From Sedimentisphaerales bacterium (GTDB taxonomy: Bacteria; Planctomycetota; Phycisphaerae; Sedimentisphaerales; SM23-30), in assembly GCA_963666285.1 (NCBI GenBank), contig OY762711.1: a stretch of DNA of 64,000 bases, one strand, 5' to 3'. The translations under genes and the position numbers were made by a program. Each line of letters begins with the position of its first letter. Positions within the stretch are counted from its first letter, which is position 1. The notes under the pieces were generated by a model. That model was not told the DNA's origin. It did no database searches and worked only from the letters and a program-made list of their open reading frames with translations. Below are positions 20,275 to 29,969 of this stretch, piece after piece.

Positions 20275-21189
20275 TCATGCATTTTTAATGTATGAAATCG
20301 TTTGACTTAACCCTTCATCAAAACAATCTTTTAATTCAAGTCCGGTAGAAGTCAATCTCTCTATTGATGCAACTGAATCTTTAATATCACCCGGACGATT
20401 ATCCATATGGACTATTTCTGAATCTGAACATGTTAATTTAATAATTTTAGCAGCCAGCTCATTTATGCTCTGACTTTTGCCGTAAGCAGCATTATACACA
20501 CCGGTAATATCAACATGTTCGGCAAGCCATACATTAGCACGCACAATATCTTTTACAAATATGAAATCACGAGTTTGCCGTCCGTCACCATAGATATGAA
20601 TGTCATCATTGCTCATTGCCTTATTAATAAAAATCGGCACTGCAGCGGCATACGCACTGTTAGGGTCCTGCCGAGGCCCGAAAACATTAAAATATCGCAA
20701 GCATCCGGTGCTAAGCCAATTCTCTTTATTAAATAAATTACAATAATATTCACCATCCAGTTTTGTAATCGCATATGGACTTTTCGGCTCCGGAATCATG
20801 GTTTCAATTTTGGGCATAATGGGATTGTCACCATAAACAGCTGCCGAACTGCTTAAAATCAATTTTCTTGCACCTGCATCTGCTGATGCCTGCAATAAAT
20901 TCAATGTTCCATTAACATTGATATCCACACATTCAAGCGGTTTACTCATCGACTCAGGAACACTCACCATAGCCGCCAGATGAAAAATATAATCTACTCC
21001 ACTAACCGCAGCTTTGACTTTTGATTTATCAGTAACAGATCCTTCAATTAATTCAACATCAAAGCCGTCAAGATTGCGAATATAACCAGATCTGAAATTA
21101 TCCAGGACACGCACATCTGCTTTTCCTTGAAAATGTTCGACTATATGGGACCCGATAAAGCCGGCACCGCCGGTAACTAATACTTTCAT
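20275..21189 (-). CDS. NAD-dependent UDP-(HexNAc/hexose) 4-epimerase (GalE/WbpP-like)
   Basis: TGGAGFIGSH, SSSAAVYG, YAITK catalytic motif, RYFNVFGPRQDP. Confidence 0.85.
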   Translation of the reverse strand: MKVLVTGGAGFIGSHIVEHFQGKADVRVLDNFRSGYIRNLDGFDVELIEGSVTDKSKVKAAVSGVDYIFHLAAMVSVPESMSKPLECVDINVNGTLNLLQASADAGARKLILSSSAAVYGDNPIMPKIETMIPEPKSPYAITKLDGEYYCNLFNKENWLSTGCLRYFNVFGPRQDPNSAYAAAVPIFINKAMSNDDIHIYGDGRQTRDFIFVKDIVRANVWLAEHVDITGVYNAAYGKSQSINELAAKIIKLTCSDSEIVHMDNRPGDIKDSVASIERLTSTGLELKDCFDEGLSQTISYIKNA

Positions 21190-21473
21190 TATAATGCAAC
21201 TCCTTCAAATATACATGCATTATTGTCAATTACAATTGATAAAAGAAAAATACGCAAAATCCGAATTATCTTATCAACTAATATCATATTACAATATAAC
21301 AAGCCTCTCTCTTGCAGGCGAAGCTGTAATCAAACAGCTATAGAAACATATCTATCAACTATGGCAAGTCCCAGATTATCCAGATATCAGGACAAAATAA
21401 CACCTGCTCCTTAAATGAGTTATAATTATTTTGATAGTATTGCAATAATCTGATTAATTTGCTATCATTAATA

Positions 21474-21654
21474 GTGCGTTATCGCACTTTTGACGGTTTT
21501 ACATTACGCGTAAAGGCCGGAACAAGGCCTTGTGAATGAAAAACATTACATTTAATTGTATTTCCGAGCTATTTCTCGAAAGTATATTTAATCCAAAGTG
21601 TTACAGGAAGGCCTTTTAGGTGATTCCTGCAACTTATAAACTGCCAAAGTTTAC
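21474..21654 (+). mobile_element. MITE-like element, copy 3 (181 bp)
   Basis: Starts GTGCGTTATCGCACTTTTGACGG and ends TGCCAAAGTTTAC. 5-bp direct repeat TAATA at 21469-21473 and 21655-21659. A 29-bp block CCGAGCTATTTCTCGAAAGTATATTTAAT is identical to copy 2. Confidence 0.85.
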
Positions 21655-21687
21655 TAATATATAATAATTAGTACCGGATTAAAAGAA

Positions 21688-21722
21688 AATGGACTATTGT
21701 ATCAGAACAATGGATATATGTA
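21688..21722. promoter_or_regulatory. AraC-type tandem site immediately upstream of the araC-family gene
   Basis: AATGGACTATTGTA (21688) and AATGGATATATGTA (21709), 21-bp period. Confidence 0.65.
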
Positions 21723-21741
21723 ATGCTCAGTGAGGTATATT

Positions 21742-22629
21742 ATGAATAATATAAAGAAACAATATACAACGGAAAAACCCGGCATAGTATCAGATGCACA
21801 ATATTTTTATTACGATACAGCTCCAAACTTTAATAAACAATTAGCCATTGTCTGCGGTGGTTACGAACAGTGTGCTCCCGAATACGATATCAACAGAATT
21901 AATTATCCTTACTACTTCATCAAATATACAATCCAGGGTAAAGGGATATTAAATATAAATTCTCAGACAATTAATATAAAGCCAGGAATATTAACCGGAT
22001 TTGAATCAGGTACCGCACATCACTATACAGCAGACCCTGATGATCCTATGAAGCACTACTTTATTACATTTGTCGGCAGTGAAAGTAAATCACTTTTTTT
22101 GAAGAGCTATCTTAATAAGAAACATTATGTGGAAGTTGAAAATACAGAAGAGACATTGTTTCTCTTTCAAAAGATTATGGAACTGGGCAACTCAAGACCA
22201 GATAACTCCCAGGAGATATGCTGCAGCTACCTGCGAATTATCCTTCTAGAGCATGCACTAAAAAGTGTAAAGGCTAAAGCATGTTTTTCCATGTCCATGG
22301 TAACCTACCAGGAATGTAAACATTATATAGATTCAAATTTTTCTACTATTAGCTCTATTATTGAAGTTGCTCATAAATGCAAAGTTGATGCTAGATATAT
22401 GTCTTCCCTTTTTAAACGGTATTGTCATATTTCTCCCAGCCAATATCTAATGAGACTCAAACTAAACAAAGCGGCAAACCTGCTTTTAAATTCTGATATG
22501 ACTATCAAAGAAATTTCTCATGAAATAGGCTTTACCGACCAATACCATTTTTCAAGAAATTTCAAAAAATATCATGGCGTAAGTCCAAAGCACTATCGAA
22601 ACAAACACTTAGGTGATTATAACAGTTAA
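21742..22629 (+). CDS. AraC-family transcriptional regulator
   Basis: N-terminal cupin-like domain; C-terminal HTH signature IKEISHEIGFTDQYHFSRNFKKYHGVSPKHYR. RBS GAGG before ATG 21742. Confidence 0.92.
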   Translation: MNNIKKQYTTEKPGIVSDAQYFYYDTAPNFNKQLAIVCGGYEQCAPEYDINRINYPYYFIKYTIQGKGILNINSQTINIKPGILTGFESGTAHHYTADPDDPMKHYFITFVGSESKSLFLKSYLNKKHYVEVENTEETLFLFQKIMELGNSRPDNSQEICCSYLRIILLEHALKSVKAKACFSMSMVTYQECKHYIDSNFSTISSIIEVAHKCKVDARYMSSLFKRYCHISPSQYLMRLKLNKAANLLLNSDMTIKEISHEIGFTDQYHFSRNFKKYHGVSPKHYRNKHLGDYNS

Positions 22630-22841
22630 GGGCACTTCCAAAAAGTCACCTCAAATAGAAGTAATTTTCAGAAGTACCCTTTAGGCAACCACTGAAAATT
22701 CATTTTGAGCGACTAGTTTTTCTTTTGCCTGCTGACATGCGTCACATAAAACAGTGAATATTGCCCAATATGCACGATTTTATGTTCCTTGTCAGTAAAT
22801 CTTAAACTATCGCATCAGAAGCAATTTCCAGAGGTCACCTT
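22628..22841. repeat. Two adjacent inverted-repeat elements (REP/MITE-like) between convergent genes
   Basis: AAGGGCACTTCCAAAAA...TTTTCAGAAGTACCCTT (22628-22681) and TAGGCAACCACTGAAAATT...AATTTCCAGAGGTCACCTT (22682-22841), the second with a long internal hairpin. Confidence 0.55.
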
Positions 22842-22864
22842 TAGTATTATCAGCATGTGTCTTA

Positions 22865-24334
22865 TTATTCAAGGTTAAGCGAGATAACAAATGGTCTATC
22901 CGCTTGCTTATCCTTTAGTATAATAAAGAACTCATCGCTGTCATATTTTTCTATCTCAAGAGTTGTGCCATCTTTCAGCAGATTGGCAGAAGCAATCTTT
23001 TTACCTTTAGGCAGCTGCACTTTGAGCCATCCGGAAACCGGGACATTACATACTACCATAAATAACTTTCCGGTATCCATATTTCTGGTATAGTAGCCCC
23101 AGTCCATCTTCTTAAGTCCGGCATAGCCGCAACCGTAGATAGCCGGGCTGTTAACCTTCATCCATTGGCCGATTTCCCTGGCGAATTTAACTTCCTCATC
23201 ACGGAAGCTGCCATCACCTTTAGGCCCAAAGTTCAGCAGAAAATTACCATTCAGAGACACGCTGTAAACCAGCATTTCTATCAGTTCATTTGATGTTTTA
23301 ACATGGCTGACACTCCAGTCTTTGTGATATCCCCACTGGTTCTCCGGAACAGTCATACAACATTCCCAGTCACGTTTTACCACCTTTGCAACCAGGTCAT
23401 TATCACGAATATCAGGCAGACGCCGTTCGTACCCGGATTCATAGTCACCCATTAAATCACCATTGGAATCAAAGTGACGTTTGCCGAAATCATCTGCACG
23501 CATACGACTATTAACGATCAGGCCGGGGCGTTTTTCTTTTAGCAGCTTTTCTAACTCATACGAAAACTTACCATTCATCTTCCAGCATTTATCCCATGTG
23601 CCGTCAAACCACAACCCCTTTACAGACGGATATCGTTCTACTAGCTCAACCAACTGGTTCTTAGTAAACTCCTTAAACCGGTCAAACGCCTCTTCATCTT
23701 TTTCGGTCTTGATATTATAACGCCAGTCAGGATTGTACCAGTCCAGCACTGAATAATAAAAATAGACATCAATTCCGGCAGCCGTATAAGCATCGGTAAA
23801 TTCCTTCAGAAGGTCTTTTTTATATGGAGTGCTTTCAATATCAAAATCTGTATACTTACTCGGCCACATGCAAAATCCTTCGTGATGTTTGGTAGTCAGG
23901 CAAACATATTTAACACCCAGATCTTTTGCCATTGCAGCCCATTCTTCAGCATTGAATTTTTCTATGCTAAACTGATGGCGTAAATCAGCCCATTCTTCTT
24001 TAGATACCTTAGCCGAAGCTTTGAGAAACTCCGCGGCGTAATTATATGTTTTCCCTTCCCAGATTCCTCCAGGAATTGCGTATAGTCCCCAATGGATAAA
24101 CTGGCCAAACCGGTTATCCCGCCATTTTTCCATCGCCGGGTCAGTACGTTTTTCATAATTAAGCGGACCATACTGCAGTAACACCTTTTTGGATTGCCGT
24201 ATATCTTCATGTTTAGCCTGATTCTCCTCAGGTTCACCCATGCCGGCTTTGTTGGCATCTGCCTGAAGAGAGCATGTATTGATAAATACAAAAGTTACAA
24301 CTAAAAAGCATAATATTTTTTTACATATTTCCAT
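22865..24334 (-). CDS. GH29 alpha-L-fucosidase
   Basis: FGQFIHWGLY, TTKHHEGF, nucleophile LWFDG, NFLLNFGP. Signal peptide. Confidence 0.9.
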   Translation of the reverse strand: MEICKKILCFLVVTFVFINTCSLQADANKAGMGEPEENQAKHEDIRQSKKVLLQYGPLNYEKRTDPAMEKWRDNRFGQFIHWGLYAIPGGIWEGKTYNYAAEFLKASAKVSKEEWADLRHQFSIEKFNAEEWAAMAKDLGVKYVCLTTKHHEGFCMWPSKYTDFDIESTPYKKDLLKEFTDAYTAAGIDVYFYYSVLDWYNPDWRYNIKTEKDEEAFDRFKEFTKNQLVELVERYPSVKGLWFDGTWDKCWKMNGKFSYELEKLLKEKRPGLIVNSRMRADDFGKRHFDSNGDLMGDYESGYERRLPDIRDNDLVAKVVKRDWECCMTVPENQWGYHKDWSVSHVKTSNELIEMLVYSVSLNGNFLLNFGPKGDGSFRDEEVKFAREIGQWMKVNSPAIYGCGYAGLKKMDWGYYTRNMDTGKLFMVVCNVPVSGWLKVQLPKGKKIASANLLKDGTTLEIEKYDSDEFFIILKDKQADRPFVISLNLE

Positions 24335-24466
24335 ATTATCTACCTTTCATCTTAAAAAATATATACATTTGTTTTTATTAAAATTATTTGCTGCCACCCC
24401 CACATGACACTGATTACCACACAAAAATGACTACCAGGTTTTATTACTGCGGCAACTACCGGCTTC

Positions 24467-27325
24467 TTATCTGAATATATACCATATTGAATCTTTTGCC
24501 GGAACCGTAACCTTGAGTTCTATCGAGTAATCTCTTGACATATTCATTTCGGTTACTTTACCATCCTGAAACTCTATTTTCACATTGTCCTTCAGTCCGG
24601 TATAATACAGCGGCACTTTAATAACCTTTTCAACCTCACAGTTCAGCGGATTATGTATAACAAGAAGCCCCTTCTCATCTGAAGACGGATTAACATGCAT
24701 AATATAATCTATATCCCCGCCATCCGGCCTTCGCAAATGGATAATATCCGAGTCCAGTATCTGACGATGTTTTTTATAGAAATCAACCCACTTACTGACA
24801 ACAGCCATGGTCTCCGGCGCATCATATAATCTCGGTCCGCGATAGGCTGCCTGTACGCCAGATGTAAAAAGAGTTCTCAGTCTTGTTTCATAATGATCAA
24901 GATGTTCTTTGAGCGGCTCAATCGTAGCAGCAGCACCACCGCCATGATATTGCGTTAACGGGACAAACATCCATCCCATTGAAGCAGTTTTATCAAAGGT
25001 GCCGTCAAAGATATTCTGTCTTTCGATTATCTCCTGATATTCACGCGGTAAAGACCAGTTGGTCTCTACATAGCCCATAGCTGTTTTGCTGGAGCCATTC
25101 AAAAAATACCAATCCGGAACGTTCAGATAAATACCCTGGCTCCTGCACCATCGATAGAAATCCCTGATCTGCTCCCATTGTTTCCATTGAGAGTCTTCAT
25201 ATGATCTATGCCCGAGATGGTCAGTAGAGGCACACTTGTCTCCCGGATAAGAACCATCATGTTCAAACACATTTAAGCCGGTTTCATTAAACAGATTACG
25301 CAGAGTATCGAAATAATTTAGTCCCCAATCGCTGCACAAACACGGGGATGCACCAAATTTAGCACCTCCGGGTTTACCGGACTTAACATCGATTACAAGG
25401 TTTTCCGGCTTACCACCGCGACTTGCCAGCAGAGAATATCCCCCCAGGGCAATCCCCCTGCTCTTGGCATAATCTGCAAGTTCTTTTATCTGGGCCAGAT
25501 ACTCCGGCGAACTGTTTTCAGCCTGAAAACCGCTCCAGAATGTCATGATAACCATTTCAAAACCAACCTCAGCGCACTGATCGATTGCCAATTTAACCGC
25601 TTCAGGCCTGGCACTGCGAACATGCATAAAGATCGGATTCTCCTGCGACCATGGTGCTATAGTACGCCACATTTTCCTGCGCTGCAAGCCTCTGCGTTCC
25701 AGGTCGGTAGAATCCTGCAGTAACTCGAACACCCGGAAAGATTGCCAGTTCCCACCAGATGCAATGTCAAGCTCCGGACCAAGCGGTGCCCTGCAGATAA
25801 GCCGGCACGGGTGGTACAAACCATAATACCTTATACCCGTTTTTTCATATTCAGGATGGTCATGTTCCCAGAAAACAGCATCATTGTCCTTCATTGCTTC
25901 CATGTCACCGCCAAACGCATAGTCTGTCACAACATGCAGCGGTGTAAACCTGTCTATCAACTCAACAGGATTCTCCGCATAAAGCTTTGGAGTAGATTCG
26001 ACCATGGCCAGAATCTCGGCAGTAAAACTGTTTAATCTGACAGTTTTTTTACTGTTATTTTTCAACTCAACCCACTTAGACATCAATGGGATGCCGTCAT
26101 ATAACTCATAATGAACCGATATATCCAGATTTGCTATAGGAAGATCCGGATCAAAAACCTTTTCATCTTCCGGCATATCTCCCATCGCGATAAAATCACT
26201 TACTTTACAATTATGAATCTCGCCGATCGAATTATGATCGTTATTACCCCCGCAATGAGACATTTTACCGATCCTGACAGACTTCGGATCAGTCCAGAGC
26301 CAGCTAACATCTTTGGATAAGACAGTTTCCCACTGTTGGGCATCTATTGATGCGGAACAAACAAGTTTTCCCGGCTCAAGCTCAATCCTAAGATAATAAG
26401 GCCGATTTCCGGCATAATAATTAACCAAAGTTTCAAAGCTGTCTGGCGAAGAGCTGTTTATACTGAAACAATTCTGGCCCGGTCTCAAGCCGAATTTTAT
26501 ACCATGTTTATCCCATAACAATGCCAGCCCCGGCCCCCAGGCACAACTGCTGTCAGTTCCCGGCTCAACCAGGCATTGTACAACACGCGTGCCGGCCGGC
26601 AATTTTCTTTCGGCAAAAACACAGCTATGATCATGTGCCCTTATCGAACCAAAGACACCATGAAGTGTAAAGGTAGAATCCTTATCAGCTGAAGTAACAA
26701 ATTGTTCCCATGACTTATCCACCTGAACCATTTTATCAGAAATCAAAACAGGTCTTTTTATGGAAGAATCTGCCTTTAAGCATAGTATTTTACCCGCCTT
26801 GTAATTGAATGTTAATGACACTCCCTTTGGCGGCCAGGAAAGATCCTGCGACATCCATTCCGGATGTTTCTTCCAGGGGAAACGTTCGGTTGTCTTGCCG
26901 ATTTTATAATCAACTAACTCAAAAGCCAGCGGATTAGCTTTTAATTTATCAATCCAGTCTTCAAGTAAGAAATTCTGGATAGGCTGACCAATAAGCCCTC
27001 CTACCTCATACATCCTGCCGTCAATTGTCAAAAGTGCCTCTGGTCGAACGGAACGCAGTTCATTCGCACCGGTCATAAGGTTTTCCAGCGCTACCGTAGC
27101 AGCATTGGGACTAATGCGAAATACCCGCCTGACCAATCCATTGGTTAATTCCACGGTATTGTTATTTGCATTCTCAATAACTTTGGCATCAAAACCTGAA
27201 GGATCTAATATCCAGTCTTTTTTCAATATTGTCGGGTTATTCGCCAGAACCGGCACCGAACAAAGTAACAGTAATAATACCAGATTTTTGATACAATTTA
27301 TTTTCACGCTATACAGCTCCTGCAT
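24467..27325 (-). CDS. Putative secreted glycoside hydrolase (alpha-galactosidase/clan GH-D-like, family uncertain)
   Basis: 952 aa with signal peptide. C-terminal barrel-like region (AIDQCAEVGFEMVIM, EHDGSYPG, MGYVETNWSLPR). Lies between GH2 and GH29. Confidence 0.5.
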   Translation of the reverse strand: MQELYSVKINCIKNLVLLLLLCSVPVLANNPTILKKDWILDPSGFDAKVIENANNNTVELTNGLVRRVFRISPNAATVALENLMTGANELRSVRPEALLTIDGRMYEVGGLIGQPIQNFLLEDWIDKLKANPLAFELVDYKIGKTTERFPWKKHPEWMSQDLSWPPKGVSLTFNYKAGKILCLKADSSIKRPVLISDKMVQVDKSWEQFVTSADKDSTFTLHGVFGSIRAHDHSCVFAERKLPAGTRVVQCLVEPGTDSSCAWGPGLALLWDKHGIKFGLRPGQNCFSINSSSPDSFETLVNYYAGNRPYYLRIELEPGKLVCSASIDAQQWETVLSKDVSWLWTDPKSVRIGKMSHCGGNNDHNSIGEIHNCKVSDFIAMGDMPEDEKVFDPDLPIANLDISVHYELYDGIPLMSKWVELKNNSKKTVRLNSFTAEILAMVESTPKLYAENPVELIDRFTPLHVVTDYAFGGDMEAMKDNDAVFWEHDHPEYEKTGIRYYGLYHPCRLICRAPLGPELDIASGGNWQSFRVFELLQDSTDLERRGLQRRKMWRTIAPWSQENPIFMHVRSARPEAVKLAIDQCAEVGFEMVIMTFWSGFQAENSSPEYLAQIKELADYAKSRGIALGGYSLLASRGGKPENLVIDVKSGKPGGAKFGASPCLCSDWGLNYFDTLRNLFNETGLNVFEHDGSYPGDKCASTDHLGHRSYEDSQWKQWEQIRDFYRWCRSQGIYLNVPDWYFLNGSSKTAMGYVETNWSLPREYQEIIERQNIFDGTFDKTASMGWMFVPLTQYHGGGAAATIEPLKEHLDHYETRLRTLFTSGVQAAYRGPRLYDAPETMAVVSKWVDFYKKHRQILDSDIIHLRRPDGGDIDYIMHVNPSSDEKGLLVIHNPLNCEVEKVIKVPLYYTGLKDNVKIEFQDGKVTEMNMSRDYSIELKVTVPAKDSIWYIFR

Positions 27326-27346
27326 TATTCATTCATATAAAATAGA

Positions 27347-29827
27347 CTACTTTTTAAGTCCTTGAATATCTACTTCACATATCGCACTAAAGCCGGTCTT
27401 GTTATTGCCATGACAGCGTAACCGGATATAATTTGCTTCCATCGGCTGAAATTCATAATATTCCATACCGTTTTCCTGACGATTAGTTCCTTTAAAGACC
27501 TGCTGCCATACCTGGCCGTCAAAAGAAAATTCCACTTCAAAAGGATATATCCGCTCACGGCCTTTATACCATGCGATGCCAAGCTTGCCGATTTTCACCT
27601 CTTTTTCCATGACATACCTGATCCAGGGATTATCTTCATCCGTACTCCAGTATGTATTCATGCTGCCATCAATTGTATTTTCCGGGAGAGACTTCTTCGA
27701 TTCCTCAAAGCTGCTTGCCAGGGCTATCTTTCTTGCATCTTCCTCTGCCCTGGCTTTGGCTAAAGCTTTGGCAGCCACTGAATCAACATACCAAGTACAG
27801 TTATCTGTATATGTTTTATCATCTCGAACAGCAGAAGCCTCAATGACATTTTTACCTTCTGACAATACTGCATCGCAAGTATAAATTGCATACCCTGCCG
27901 ATTTAATATCAACATTCGTACCGTTTATTTTCAACCGAACCTCAGCACAATTAGAATACACCTTAATCTCAGCCATGTCCGATGAACGATCAATCAGTCT
28001 GCGGTCGCGTATATACAAAACCGGCTCATCAGACCAGTTTGCCTTATAGAAATAAAATGAATCCTTCTTAACTGAACGATCATAGGTAACAAGCCCTTTA
28101 TGGTTAAGCCCTTTTGTGCCGCCTCTATTCCAGCCGGGCACACAGAAATCGAACATATTCCAGAGATAGCTTCCCCATATAAATGGATGCTGCTCAATTG
28201 CAGCCCATTGAACTTCATGCATATCAGTCTGATACTGCTCGGCAAAAAACTTACCGGAAATCGGATTCGCCTTAGTCGGATTTTCTGACTGATGAGCTAT
28301 GTTAGCACCACAGCCGTATTCGGCAATACAAACAAAATTATCAGGTCTTTTTTCTTTTGTTCCCTTGATCCAGTTTGCCATATCATCACTTCTGCCATAA
28401 TACCAACCAAAATAGCGGTTACAACCCTGTAGATCAGCATGAAGATCCATTGAACGTTCCAGGCTGCCAAACCCACTAACAGAAACGGTCCAACGATCAG
28501 GATCCTCAGTTTTCGCGATATCATGCAGCTCGCGGGTCAAAAGAACAGGATAGTCGGTCGATCTCTTTGCATAGACTTCATTATGCAGGCCCCAGATAAA
28601 AATTGATGGATGGTTATAGTTCTGTCGAACAAGTTCCAGCATCTGCTGCTTAGCATTGTCACGTTCCTGTCCGGTATAAGTATTAACAAAAGGTATCTCT
28701 GCCCAGACAACCAGCCCCAGTTGATCACAATACGAATATACATACTCTGCCTGCTGGTAATGAGCCAGTCTGACTGACGTAGTACCCATTTCATATATCA
28801 TATCGAAATCTGTTTTGTGCTGAGAATCAGATAAAGCACTGCCGCAATCTTTCCATTCCTGATGGCGGCAAACGCCATAAAGCCGATACGGCTTGCCGTT
28901 AAGTATAAAGCCCATATCCGGGTCCATTCTGTAATAGCGAATGCCCAGCGGCTGAACAACAGCATCTACCAGTTTATTACCATCAAAAACTTCAACTTTA
29001 AGCTGATAAAGATAAGGATCCGGACGGCCGTTCCAAAGATGTGGGTTATCGATATGTAAGGTTTGACGTGCGGTTGTTACTACAGTAGGTATTACTGAAT
29101 AGTTATCTTTCGCAGTAACAACAACTTTTCCACCGGCATCAATAATCGATGTTTTGAGGGTCAGGTCTTTTTTTAGAATGGTACCGTTTTCGAGCTTTGA
29201 CCTGACATTTATTGTTGCCGAATTATGGCTTACATCCTGCTGCTGAATATATACCCCGGGCGAAGCATAGTCAATCGGGGTAATACATACCTCATCAGTT
29301 ACAATCAGTGAAACAGGTCTGTAAATACCGCCAAACACCATAAACAGGTTTCGATTAACAGGAATTATGTCGGGGCGAGCTTTATTGTCGACCTTTACCA
29401 GGATTATGTTTTGCTCGCCAAACTTCAGTGCCGGGGTAATCTCAAAACAAAAAGCTGCATAGGATCCTTTGTGTTCGCCGACAAGTATGCCATTAACATA
29501 AACACCGGCAACCTGTCCAACACCTTCAAAACGAAGAAAGAAACGTTTATCCTTTTGAGATTTATCAACTAAAATAGTCTTCGTATAACAGCCTGTTCCG
29601 GAATAATATTTACCTCCTGATTGAGCATCTGTATCATTCCAGGTATGAGGCAGGTCAACCTTTTGCCACTCTAATACCGTGTCAGACGGAGCTGTCACAT
29701 CAACGTCAGATTTAACAAACTGCCATTCGGCATTAAGGTCTTTAACCTCACGCGCATCCAGTTCCAGACAAATCACATTACTAAATACCAACGCTGATAA
29801 CAGCATTATTTTTTGCAGGTATAACAT
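27347..29827 (-). CDS. GH2 beta-galactosidase-like enzyme with C-terminal F5/8-type CBM
   Basis: VDLPHTWN, FGGIYRPV, RLAHYQ, NHPSIFIWGLHNE (acid/base), IAEYG (nucleophile), NHKGLVTYDR. Confidence 0.9.
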   Translation of the reverse strand: MLYLQKIMLLSALVFSNVICLELDAREVKDLNAEWQFVKSDVDVTAPSDTVLEWQKVDLPHTWNDTDAQSGGKYYSGTGCYTKTILVDKSQKDKRFFLRFEGVGQVAGVYVNGILVGEHKGSYAAFCFEITPALKFGEQNIILVKVDNKARPDIIPVNRNLFMVFGGIYRPVSLIVTDEVCITPIDYASPGVYIQQQDVSHNSATINVRSKLENGTILKKDLTLKTSIIDAGGKVVVTAKDNYSVIPTVVTTARQTLHIDNPHLWNGRPDPYLYQLKVEVFDGNKLVDAVVQPLGIRYYRMDPDMGFILNGKPYRLYGVCRHQEWKDCGSALSDSQHKTDFDMIYEMGTTSVRLAHYQQAEYVYSYCDQLGLVVWAEIPFVNTYTGQERDNAKQQMLELVRQNYNHPSIFIWGLHNEVYAKRSTDYPVLLTRELHDIAKTEDPDRWTVSVSGFGSLERSMDLHADLQGCNRYFGWYYGRSDDMANWIKGTKEKRPDNFVCIAEYGCGANIAHQSENPTKANPISGKFFAEQYQTDMHEVQWAAIEQHPFIWGSYLWNMFDFCVPGWNRGGTKGLNHKGLVTYDRSVKKDSFYFYKANWSDEPVLYIRDRRLIDRSSDMAEIKVYSNCAEVRLKINGTNVDIKSAGYAIYTCDAVLSEGKNVIEASAVRDDKTYTDNCTWYVDSVAAKALAKARAEEDARKIALASSFEESKKSLPENTIDGSMNTYWSTDEDNPWIRYVMEKEVKIGKLGIAWYKGRERIYPFEVEFSFDGQVWQQVFKGTNRQENGMEYYEFQPMEANYIRLRCHGNNKTGFSAICEVDIQGLKK

Positions 29828-29969
29828 TCTATAAGGCTCCTGATATCAGCATTTAGGAATGTTCTCCTAAATGCTAATAATATATATACGTGTGTAGCAG
29901 GCTTAAATTTTTATTGGTGTGATTTTAATCGTAAACAGCATATACAGGCCATACAGCAATTGGGCATCA

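Noticed and set aside
19434..21189. LPS/capsule biosynthesis cluster
   Set aside because: No glycosyltransferases, flippase or rmlBCD nearby; the context is catabolic.
6765..21654. CRISPR or tRNA/riboswitch interpretation of the repeated intergenic element
   Set aside because: Copies are dispersed with no spacers, no cas genes and no cloverleaf; TSDs and IS-like ends fit a MITE better.
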